Below, one piece after another: positions 22,434 through 32,088 of a stretch of DNA of 64,000 nt. A program made the translations under genes and the position numbers. The notes under the pieces were generated by a model. That model was not told where the DNA came from and made no database searches. It was given only the letters and a program-made list of their open reading frames with translations. Source of the stretch: an uncultured delta proteobacterium (GTDB lineage Bacteria; Desulfobacterota; WTBG01); NCBI GenBank assembly GCA_963793865.1, contig CAWCBP010000001.1:1056001-1120000 (forward strand), written 5' to 3'. Numbering within the stretch: position 1 is the first letter of the stretch; each line of letters begins with the position of its first letter.

Positions 22434-22901
22434 TTAGTAGGTCTGTCTCTGAATCATCGAAGGACGAACCTCGATCTGTGCCCCGGTTAAATCTGTAGGC
22501 ACACCATTTACCCTGAAGATGTAATAGTAATCATCATCAACCAGTCCGTCACCGTCCGAATCAAACGTATCATAGGTGAATGTCTGCTGAAAATTCTGGT
22601 CAATCGGGGAACCTTTCAGGGTAACACCATTGCCGGCCATGGTATTGCGCATGTTGTCCCAGTTATTATTAAGATCACCTTCAAGTGGAAAAACATTTCC
22701 AATGGAATCAGCCGCGAATCCCGCCATACCTGCCCTTATGCCTTCGGTGGTGGACACGCATGATGCGATTCTGGATTTGTTTCTGTACGCAATGAAATTA
22801 GGTACGGCAATTGCGGCCAGGATACCGATAATGGCGACAACGATCATTAATTCAATCAGCGTAAAACCTTTTTCTTTTCTCATTCTCATTTTTGACATCA
22901 T
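22434..22901 (-). CDS. pilA: Type IVa major pilin
   Basis: Basic leader, G|FTLIELMIVVAIIGILAAIAVPNF class III signal with E5; AAGGAGG RBS; own sigma54 promoter and terminator. Confidence 0.95.
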   Translation of the reverse strand: MMSKMRMRKEKGFTLIELMIVVAIIGILAAIAVPNFIAYRNKSRIASCVSTTEGIRAGMAGFAADSIGNVFPLEGDLNNNWDNMRNTMAGNGVTLKGSPIDQNFQQTFTYDTFDSDGDGLVDDDYYYIFRVNGVPTDLTGAQIEVRPSMIQRQTY

Positions 22902-23018
22902 AGCAACAACCTCCTTTTAATTGAATAGGTTAATGAAAAATTATTTCACTAGCTAAGACCAACTTCACCTCCTTCCTTTCCTATTTTTGTTTTTTCGCTC
23001 ATTGTGCTTCGGTAAATG

Positions 23019-23034
23019 AGCAAGTATTGTGCCA
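23019..23034 (-). promoter_or_regulatory. Sigma54 -24/-12 promoter of pilA
   Basis: Minus strand TGGCACAATACTTGCT matches TGGCAC-N5-TTGC exactly. Confidence 0.9.
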
Positions 23035-23051
23035 TTAACAGATGGAGCGCG

Positions 23052-23064
23052 TAAGTCATTGTTT
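23052..23064. promoter_or_regulatory. Putative IHF site
   Basis: AAACAATGACTTA (minus strand), one mismatch to WATCAAnnnnTTR, between the sigma54 site and the putative enhancer. Confidence 0.55.
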
Positions 23065-23140
23065 TTTATAATACGTGCATTTGTCGGGACAGTTAATAAT
23101 CATGAATTTTATTGGCCAATAACAAAATTTATATCCGGGG

Positions 23141-23155
23141 TGACAATTTTTGTAA
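23141..23155. promoter_or_regulatory. Putative PilR enhancer (upstream activator sequence)
   Basis: Near-palindrome TGACAATTTTTGTAA about 110 nt upstream of the -24 box. Confidence 0.45.
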
Positions 23156-23185
23156 GCATAGCTGCACAGCACGACGTGCCGCCGG

Positions 23186-25227
23186 TCAGGTGTGACGGTC
23201 AATCGCTCTGTTGTTACTTCGGCCGCAGGAAGAATCGCGAACCATTTGATCCTTCGAGATGTGCCGGTTCAATCTCAATGACTCTCTGAGGTAGTATGCG
23301 GCCCGTTCACTGTCATGAAAGCCTCGCAGATAAACCAGGGCAAGATTAAAATATACCCCGGCATTATTATTCTGTCCGTATGACAGCACCATCTCTAATT
23401 GCTCCAATGCTTTCTGGTACATGCCCCGATGCAGATAAACGAGCGCCAGATTATTGCGCGCTTCCAAAAAGTCATGCTGCAATGATATGGCCCTGCTAAA
23501 CTTCTCCTCTGCGCCATCATAGTTCTTCAAACCATAATAGACGAGACCCAGATTATTATAATATTGAGCGTTGTCCGGATTATGCTTCAAAGCCTTCATG
23601 TACTCCTCTTCGGCATCAGTGTAGTTATTCATTACATAAAAAAGATCTCCCAGATTGTTATGAACGTCGGCGTTGGCAGGATTAATGCTGAGCGCGCGTT
23701 GATAATAAGCGAGGCTCAATTTATAAAGCCTCTGCGCATCATCTCCTTTCCAGTTCAGAATATTGTTTCATCAGCCTTAAATGCCGGTATTGAATATGCT
23801 TCAATCTGCACATGTTTTCGCAGCAACTGATAGTAGCTTTGTCCCAGATTATTGAATAGCTTCCCCTGCTCAACTTTCCTTCCCCCGGGAGCATACATAC
23901 TTCCCTGATCAGCCAATGCCAAAGCCTTTGTAAATTCCCCAATCGCCATCTGATGTTCCCCCGCCCGGGCATAAACAAGTCCCAGGTTGCTCGTCGCAAC
24001 AGATGAACCCGGGGAATCGTGAACGGTTTCAGTCCAGAAAGAAAGCTCATTTTCCCATACAGAATTTCTCGCTACCGTTTTGGCTGAATAGAAAATCAAT
24101 ACCGCCGGCACAATAACTAACGCTATCGCTTTGTTAATTTTCTTCGTCTGTGTTTGAAGACATGACAGCCGGACGGCAGCAAGCGGCAGCATCATGCTGA
24201 AACACACAGTCCCCAGGTAGAGTCTGTGCTCCTGAGCCGGAATAGACAAAGGGATTATGCCGCAAACAGGAAGAAGGGAGACAGTGACCCAAAGTATGGC
24301 GAAGGACAATTCTTTAAATCTTTTACAACACAAAATAGCAAGGGCTGACAAACAGAGGACAAGGGCAAAAGAACTGACACTAAAAGAGGATGCATTTATA
24401 ACAGGTGCTGCAGATTGAAACAGCGGTAATAAAAGCATTTTAAAATAGTATGCATAGGATCCAATAACACCATAGAGCGTATGGACATAATCTCTTTCAC
24501 CCACTTCAATGCCTATCTGCCCAATAAAACTGGCCCTTACTACAAAATATAAAACGGTGACAAGCGCCAGCCCGCAATAATCTTTTGCTCTGCTTTTACC
24601 ACGCTCAGGGAAAAAATAATCTAGCAGCATAAACAACAGGGGCAGAACGACCCCGTTTTCCTTGGTCAGCAGGGCACATGCGTAGGAAACAAGATACCCC
24701 GAATATGCTAGTACCCCTTTTATTCCCTTAAGGTACCGCCGTTGAAGATAAAGAATTGTGCTGATCAGGACAAAAAGAGTGAGCAGCATATCATTCCGGC
24801 CGCTTATCCAGGCAACCGATTCACTTTGAACCGGGTGCGCCGTGAAGAGCAGGCTGGTAAAAAGAGCAAGTGTGGCCTCTTTAAAAAGCAGCACAATAAA
24901 AAGATATACCAGAAGAGCATTGACGGTGTGTACAATAAGGTTGGTATAGTGAAACCCGAAGGGGTTAGCTCCCCACAGTTGATAATCAATTATAAACCAC
25001 CATGATATCAGGGGCCTGTAATAAGGAATGTCTCCAAATAATGGATTGACGAATGCAGCAAAGAGGTTTTTCCAGTCGCTCAAATAGTCGGCATTACCAA
25101 TAATAAGCCCTCTGTCATCCCAGATAAATCCTCCCTGGAGGGAATTCCAGTATGTGCCAACTGCAACCAGCACAATAATCGCTGAAAACAGCAGATGACT
25201 ATTAATTTTTCTTACCGTTAACAACAT
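23186..25227 (-). CDS. TMTC-like GT-C protein O-glycosyltransferase with C-terminal TPRs (frameshift near 23740)
   Basis: GFIWDD..I..N, YYRPL, HPVQSESVAWISGRNDML, KENG, QEHRLYL, RNSVW; TPR repeats with NNLG/NNLA. Confidence 0.85.
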
Positions 25228-25642
25228 AGTTGCGCATGTCTCACTGGGGACTTAAATAGTACCACCCATCGGAACCAATACCATGCTTTTAAATGCAAAA
25301 ATGAAACCATAAAACAGCGGGAGAAGTTCTGAAGTGGCAACCGGGCAGAAGGGTATTGAATGGTTTTTGCTAATCAGCTTTAATGCCGTCTTCTATTCCT
25401 ATTCGTCTTCCTTTCGAACAACTTTAGATATAAATCTGACCGAGGTATTATGGGGTGCTCTTTTTTTTATTAAGTTATTGTTTTCAGAAGTCGATGCAAT
25501 ACTATGAAGTATCGTATGCGGATATCGCGAGTCGCAACTCTGCTCTCCCGAGAAAATCCTTTATAAGGCAAAAATTAATGTTCCGAACGAATGTGAGGAA
25601 CCTTTAGTGCTTGACTGGACTCTATCCAAGATTTTGTAAGTT

Positions 25643-27473
25643 ATGAAAGGTCTCTCAATGAATAACCGGTGGCAGATATTAATTATTGTCTTTCTAATTC
25701 TGCTTTCCGCGGGCGTATACTGGAACACTCTTTCCAATGATTTTGTGGCGGGTGATCGTCAATTTATTTTGAGAAACGAACACATCGGAGACTTTCAGAC
25801 TGTCCTGGCCTCTTTTTCCTCAGATTATTGGGGGAAGCTGGGCGGTGAATCCTTCATTTACTACCGCCCCCTGGTAATTCTGACACATTATATTAGACTT
25901 TCAATTGTACGGCTTAAACCCGGCGGGTCATCACTTTAGCAATATAATTTTTCACAGCATGGTGACACTTTCTGTTTATTTTTTATTTCTGAATCTGCTC
26001 TCAGGCAATTACCGGCCCGCACTTGCCGGTGCTTCGCTCTTTGCCCTTCACCCCATCCATACCCATTCCGTCTCCTATGTCATGGGAAGAACGGATGTTC
26101 TGGCAACGCTCTTTTTTATCTGGGGACTTACCATTTTAGTCAACATCAGCCGTTATGATGGAAATCGTACCAGGATACCGGCAATCATTGGCGCATGTCT
26201 ATGCTATTTCCTGTCATTACTCTGCAAGGAGATGGCCGTCACGCTTCCGCTCGTATTCGTTGCTTACTTATTCTGCGTGGATAGAACTAATTTTCCTTGG
26301 AAGGACAGGGGCTTTATAATTTCCTTGTTGTTGTTTGGCATGCACGCTTGGTCTATACCTTGTCCTGAGGGTTGCTGCCGTGGGGATGAGCAGTGACCAA
26401 AGCGTCCCTGCCGGGTGGTACACCGTGCCCCAGAAAACAGGACTGATCATCCACACACTGGGCTTTTACCTGCAGAAGCTTCTCTTTCCATTACAGCTCA
26501 GCTATTACAGCAATATGGTTGTTCCCGGCTCATGGCAGGAAACGGTTGCATCACCCTTTTTTGTGACCTGCATTGTGTGGCTGATAACCTTTGCGGTTTC
26601 TTTAAGGTACTGCCGTACCCTCAGTTTTGCGCTTGTGTGGATTGCGATTACCCTGCTTCCCGTGCTCAACATTGTTATGCTCCCCGCCCTGGCAAAAGAA
26701 AATTATCTGTACCTGCCATCCATCGGCTTCTGCCTCATCTTTGCCGTGATTATTTTTGAAGTTTGAAGCATGAAGACGCGAGGAAGGCCGCGCATCTCAG
26801 AATTGCATTCGGCGGATGCGCTCTGATCGGTCTTTTGTATGCCGGCGGGACAATTATGAGAAACCATGATTATCGGACTCCGCTCTCATTCATCGAAAGG
26901 ACACTGAGGCAGATTCGCCGGTTGCACATCCAACAGCGTGAAACTCCCGCTATTTTGAACCGGTAAAAAATATCTATACAACTTATAAAAACCTTGGAAT
27001 ACTCTATCAGCAAAACGGACAGACGGAAAAAGCCATCAACGCATATAGATCCGCCCTGGAATATACGCCCTCATACTTTTCCGCCTCGTATGCAGCTTCC
27101 GTTCAGGTCACCCCTGGGCATGCTTTTAGAGAAAAGCGGAAATGCAGATGAAGCCTTGAAGATACTTCATCAGGCGCGTCCCTCTGCCGAGAACCCGGCC
27201 ATGGTTGACAACCTGCTTGGCATTATTGCCGGCAAACAGGGAAACAGCGCTGCAGCTGAGTTTTATTTCAAGCGGGCCATCAAGGAAGACGGCAGTTATG
27301 CGCCCGCACATTACAACCTGGGAATCATGTATTTGAAGTCGCAGGCACAACAAAAAGGGATTGATGAACTTCGGGTGGCTGCCGGTTTACATAACGGGTA
27401 TGCTGCTGCGCTTGCCCGCTACGAAACGGCATCAGCCTCTGACCGTCACAAGTCAATCGGCATGGTAGGATGA
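25643..27473 (+). CDS. Second TMTC-like GT-C/TPR protein (multiple frameshifts)
   Basis: NDFVAGD..I.RN, YYRPL, HPIHTHSVSYVMGRTDVL, KEMAV, KENYLYLPS, RNHDY; TPR HYNLG; ORF pieces from 25643-25939 to 26994-27473. Confidence 0.8.
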
Positions 27474-27560
27474 AGGCAATAATGCAATCCAATCCTGCAG
27501 TGACATCAATGAAATTGAATTCCTCGCGCTCACTCACTGAAGGCGCGGCCTGGGAAAGCA

Positions 27561-28943
27561 TTGCTTATAAGCGTATTCATAATTCCCGCACTTGTTTTTC
27601 TCATCTCTTTTGTCCTCTTTGCACTTTCTTCTCCCGGGGCCCTGCCCAATGGTGACGCCGCACTATATCTGCAGCAAATTCTATCCCTGGATGTATCACA
27701 GAGGACTACCCATATCGGGTACTACCTCATTGGCATTCCTTTTATTCATTTTCTGCCTTTCGCTTCCGATTACTCCTTAAATCTCATGAGCTGCCTGTGC
27801 GGAGCGCTCTGCGCGTCACTTCTGTTTGCAATTACCTTATGCATAACCCGCAGCCGTTTAATCTCTCTGCTGGCATGCTTCATTCTGGTTACAACCAATG
27901 TGTTTGCCCATAACGCGGTTTTTGCCGAAGTATACGTGCCGCAGCTTTTCTTCTTCCTGCTTGCGTTGCTTCTGCTTCAGCGCAACAGCCCCATTGCCGG
28001 AGGCGCTTCCTACGCATTGTCCTTTCTTATAACCCCGAGCGCTCTCTTCGGGCTTGCCATGCTGTTTCCATTCCGAAGAAATAAAAAGCAGCTTGCGAGA
28101 TTCGCCGCGGCATTCCTTCTGCTAACAGGCATTATAGTGGTTCCACACCTTTCTGACTACGTGTCAGGGGGCCGTGGTTTGCTGAAGGCATCCCATGCTG
28201 CCATGAATGCAGATGAAGCCTTCGCGAAGGAATATCGGGAATTTTTTTTCGGCATGCTCTGGTATCTGCCGTTTCTGTTTGCCGGCTGCATTCATATCAT
28301 GAAAAACAAAATGACGCGGGATTGGGGAATAGCGCTTTTTAGCATGTGGCTTATCACTTTTGTTGCCGGTGAGCGATTCGGGGATGTTCCTGTCCAGCTT
28401 CCCGCATATGCTTTTATCTGCATCATAGTCGCTTCAGGCATGAAGGCTCTTTTGTACGCCAGCCGGCATAAAAGCCGCATGCTTGCTGCGGCTGTAGGCC
28501 TTTATTGTATTTTGGCCCTGACTGTATCCGGAGGCATTACCGGCAGGCAAATTAGCATGACTGCCTCTCGCCTCACAGAGTACCGGAATTCAATCCTCGC
28601 CCTCAAGCAGGCGGCCCGTCCCGATTTTCTCGCGGCAGGGGAATGGACGCAGGGCATTCTCTTCGAGCATTACCTTTACGGCACATCATATACGGGCTTG
28701 TGGCTGAATACAGAATGCCTTGCCGGGGAGTGGGGATCACGCATGCGCGAGGAAAGCGAGGAAAAGTTACAGCAGGCGTTGCTTTCCGGCCGGGAGATAT
28801 GGCTTTTAAATTACGACACGGCGCTTTTCAATGAATTGGCCAGGCAGGGCTATTCCATTGAACCCTTCCACACCATTTACCGGGCAGAAGAAAATCCGGC
28901 GTTAATGGTCGAAACCGTGTGCAGGAATCGCAGGATGCATTAG
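27561..28943 (+). CDS. DUF2723/TMEM260-like GT-C membrane glycosyltransferase
   Basis: Multi-pass protein with PNGDAALY, THIGYYLIG, LNLMSCLCGA and AVFAEVY motifs. Confidence 0.7.
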   Translation: MLISVFIIPALVFLISFVLFALSSPGALPNGDAALYLQQILSLDVSQRTTHIGYYLIGIPFIHFLPFASDYSLNLMSCLCGALCASLLFAITLCITRSRLISLLACFILVTTNVFAHNAVFAEVYVPQLFFFLLALLLLQRNSPIAGGASYALSFLITPSALFGLAMLFPFRRNKKQLARFAAAFLLLTGIIVVPHLSDYVSGGRGLLKASHAAMNADEAFAKEYREFFFGMLWYLPFLFAGCIHIMKNKMTRDWGIALFSMWLITFVAGERFGDVPVQLPAYAFICIIVASGMKALLYASRHKSRMLAAAVGLYCILALTVSGGITGRQISMTASRLTEYRNSILALKQAARPDFLAAGEWTQGILFEHYLYGTSYTGLWLNTECLAGEWGSRMREESEEKLQQALLSGREIWLLNYDTALFNELARQGYSIEPFHTIYRAEENPALMVETVCRNRRMH

Positions 28944-28950
28944 TGCCGGG

Positions 28951-30672
28951 CTAGGAATGCAAGGGAAGAAGAATGGTGAAGGCAGTTCCCCGGTCTTTTT
29001 GACTCTTTACGGAGATGTGGCCCTTGTAGCTTTCAATGATGCTGTACACAATCGCCAGTCCCAGTCCGCTTCCCCGGGGTTTGGTGGTAAAGAAGGGATC
29101 AAAGACCTTATCAATATACGCTTCATCAATGCCGCACCCGGTGTCAGCAACCTCCAGCCGGACCCATTCTGCCGACCGGTAGCCGTTGCCTGCAGCTTGA
29201 AGCACATCGCTGATTGTCTCCTCCGCCGCTATTTTTGTAGCTACCTGCAGCTTCCCTCCCCCGCTCATTGCCTGGTGCGCATTGGCAAACAGATTCCAGA
29301 GCACCTGCTTTATCTGGTTCGGATCCGCCTCCAGCATGATTGATCCATGCAGATCAGCTACCAGGTTGATGGAGCCGTGATCGGGGTTGCTCAAGAAAAG
29401 CTCAACGGTGTCCATGATGACCGAGTTCAGCTCAATCACTTTCTTCCTTCGGTCATCGGGATGGGTAAACAGCACAAAATCCGACAGCAACTGGTCCAGA
29501 CGGTTGGTTTCCCGCAAAACAATGTCCATCAATCGCTTGTTATCAGCATCGAGCTGCAGCGTCTGCCCGAGGACCTGAATTGAGCCGCTCATGGATGCCA
29601 GCGGATTGCGAATCTCGTGAGCCATGCCCGATGCCAGCCTCCCCACCGCCGCCAGCCGGTCAACAATCTTAACCTGCTCTTCCATCTCCTTCAAGCGTGT
29701 GACATCCTGGAAGGTGTACACCTCTCCCTGGCTTTCCCTTTCTCCGTCCTTAAGCGTTGACTTTGAAAATCCCAGGTAAATCTTTTTATTGTCGTTCCTC
29801 AGATATGCAATTTCAAAGCGGGGCCCGGGACCGCTGTTCCCGTTGCCGTTCCGGGATGGGATGGCCGCGGCCTTGAGGAGTCCCGGGAAAATATCCTCGA
29901 GATGCCTCCCGCTCAATTCAGAAAATCTAAGGCCGGTGATTACCTCGGCTGCCCGGTTAAAGAAGGTGATATTCATTGCTCCATTGACCGTCAGCAGTCC
30001 GCTGTTTATGCTTTCGATAATATTCCTGTGCAGGGTTTCCAGCCGGGTATAATCGCTTTCCTTTACCTTCAGCGCCTCTTTTGACTGTCGAACCTGCTCC
30101 GACAGGAAACCGCTTAAAAAGGCGACAAGATAAAACGCGGTTATTTTCATCAGAACTGAAAACAGAAGCGACGCCGCTCCATCCACCCTGGCCGGCGCCA
30201 TGGCGAGGTCCGCGGTATGGATAATACCGCTGTACTCGAGGGCGATTATCAGGGTATAGCAGATGCTGCCCGCCGAGGCCAATATCACTCCGCCCCTGCG
30301 ATAGAGGATGATTCCCGCCGCAATAATGGATAGATAATAGAACAGGGAAAAGTCACTTCGCACACCGCCGGTGACGCTAATCAGGCCGCTGATGAGAAGC
30401 GTGTCCAGGATGAGCTGCAGGTAGGCAAACGCCTCCAGATTCTTAACCCGCCTGATGAGAAAGGCATACAGGAGGCTGAGGCAATATACGATTCCAACCA
30501 GGCAATACAGCCGCAGCAGATACGCGTCGAGATAGGCTTTCCCCTCGGTAATCTGGACCAGCGCTGCCGTACCCAATGAAAAAGTGGCTAACACGAGACG
30601 AAGGCTCATGAGCCACTTGATCCTCGCCATCAGCACCTCGCGAGGTTCTTTTGTCGTGTGCTCACTCATCAT
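28951..30672 (-). CDS. pilS: PilS-type membrane sensor histidine kinase (6TM-PAS-HisKA-HATPase)
   Basis: RIKWLMSLR, TGGVRSDFSLFY, AHEIRNPL, DPFFTTKPRGSGLGL; paired with a sigma54 response regulator near pilA. Confidence 0.88.
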   Translation of the reverse strand: MMSEHTTKEPREVLMARIKWLMSLRLVLATFSLGTAALVQITEGKAYLDAYLLRLYCLVGIVYCLSLLYAFLIRRVKNLEAFAYLQLILDTLLISGLISVTGGVRSDFSLFYYLSIIAAGIILYRRGGVILASAGSICYTLIIALEYSGIIHTADLAMAPARVDGAASLLFSVLMKITAFYLVAFLSGFLSEQVRQSKEALKVKESDYTRLETLHRNIIESINSGLLTVNGAMNITFFNRAAEVITGLRFSELSGRHLEDIFPGLLKAAAIPSRNGNGNSGPGPRFEIAYLRNDNKKIYLGFSKSTLKDGERESQGEVYTFQDVTRLKEMEEQVKIVDRLAAVGRLASGMAHEIRNPLASMSGSIQVLGQTLQLDADNKRLMDIVLRETNRLDQLLSDFVLFTHPDDRRKKVIELNSVIMDTVELFLSNPDHGSINLVADLHGSIMLEADPNQIKQVLWNLFANAHQAMSGGGKLQVATKIAAEETISDVLQAAGNGYRSAEWVRLEVADTGCGIDEAYIDKVFDPFFTTKPRGSGLGLAIVYSIIESYKGHISVKSQKDRGTAFTILLPLHS

Positions 30673-30675
30673 GGT

Positions 30676-32061
30676 TTACACCGTCCCCGCATCCTTGATT
30701 CCATATTTCTCCAGGCGGTACCTGATTGCCCGATAGGGTATATGCAGCAATTTAGCGGCCTTTTTTATTTCGCCATTGGTTTTCTGCAGCGCCTTGCGGA
30801 GCAGGTGCTTTTCCAATGTGCCCACTGCCTCAGTCAGGTCAATGCCTTCAGGGGGTATGTCAGTATCAATCAGCTCGTTTTTCTTCATGTCATTTTTGTA
30901 GCGGGACAGGGTCAAGCTCTCGGGGAGTATGATGTTTGAGGTTTCCAGCGCGACGCTCCGCTCTACGATATTTTCAAGCTCGCGCACATTGCCCGGGAAG
31001 CTGTAGTCCAGCAGCATCTTTAAGGCATAGGAAGAAATGGTGCGGATTTCCTTGCCCGATTCCTGTGCATACTTCTTGAGAAAATGGCGGGCCAGGAGCG
31101 GTATGTCCATCTTCCTTTCCCGCAGGGGAGGGATGCGTATCTGAATGACATTCAGGCGGTAAAAGAGGTCTTCCCTGAAGGCCCCGTTGATGACCATCTC
31201 CTCAATATCGATATTGGTCGCGGATATGATCCGCACATCAACCCGTACCTCCTGCGTGCCGCCTACGGGCTTGAACGACTTTTCCTGCACGATCCTGAGC
31301 AATTTCACCTGCAGCGGGAGCGGCAGATCTCCAATTTCATCCATGAAGATGGTACCCCCGTGGGCCGCCTGGAAGAGGCCTATTTTGTCGCTGATAGCGC
31401 CGGTAAACGAGCCCTTGGTATAGCCGAACAGTTCGCTCTCCAGCAGCTGCTCGGGAACGCCGCCGCAGTTCATGGTCACAAACGGCCCCTCTCTCCTCGG
31501 GCTGTGGTTATGAATGGCCCTCGCCACCAGCTCCTTGCCGGTGCCGCTTTCGCCGGTTATGAGCACGTTCGCCTTTGATGAGGCGGCCCTGGGAATCATA
31601 TCAAATATTTTGTGCATCTCCGGGCTGACGCTCACGATGCCCTCGAAATATTCAAGGCTGCCTTTCTCCCGCTTTCGCGGTACGGCATCCTCCGGAACCC
31701 TGACCGACTGCAGGGCATTGCTGACCGTTCTTTTTACCTCGTCCACGTTAAAGGGCTTGGCAATGTAATCATAGGCGCCTTCTTTCATCGACTCCACGGC
31801 GGATTCAAAGGACGCATAGGCGGTAATCATTATCACCTTGGTTCCCGGGGACAGCTCTTTTATGCGGTTCAGCACTTCAAAGCCCGAGGTTTTCGGCATC
31901 CTGATGTCCGCCAGGACCACGTCGAAGGGGCTCTTTTCAAAAAGGGTGATCGCTTCCCGGCCGTCTTCGGCGCAGGAAACTTCATAGCCTTCCCGCGCGA
32001 GCATGATCTGCAGAAATTCCCTGATGCTCGGCTCGTCGTCGACTACTAAAATACTATGCAT
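30676..32061 (-). CDS. pilR: PilR sigma54-dependent response regulator
   Basis: REC domain, GESGTGKE, ESELFGYTKGSFTGA, FREDLFYRLNV, PGNVREL, Fis HTH YRAIRYRLEKYGI. Confidence 0.88.
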   Translation of the reverse strand: MHSILVVDDEPSIREFLQIMLAREGYEVSCAEDGREAITLFEKSPFDVVLADIRMPKTSGFEVLNRIKELSPGTKVIMITAYASFESAVESMKEGAYDYIAKPFNVDEVKRTVSNALQSVRVPEDAVPRKREKGSLEYFEGIVSVSPEMHKIFDMIPRAASSKANVLITGESGTGKELVARAIHNHSPRREGPFVTMNCGGVPEQLLESELFGYTKGSFTGAISDKIGLFQAAHGGTIFMDEIGDLPLPLQVKLLRIVQEKSFKPVGGTQEVRVDVRIISATNIDIEEMVINGAFREDLFYRLNVIQIRIPPLRERKMDIPLLARHFLKKYAQESGKEIRTISSYALKMLLDYSFPGNVRELENIVERSVALETSNIILPESLTLSRYKNDMKKNELIDTDIPPEGIDLTEAVGTLEKHLLRKALQKTNGEIKKAAKLLHIPYRAIRYRLEKYGIKDAGTV

Positions 32062-32088
32062 GATTAACCCCTCACTGGATGCCCCGCG

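Noticed and set aside
25400..25426. Sigma28-like promoter TAAA-N15-GACGAATA on the minus strand
   Set aside because: The -10 box deviates from GCCGATAA and there is no flagellar context; too weak to call.
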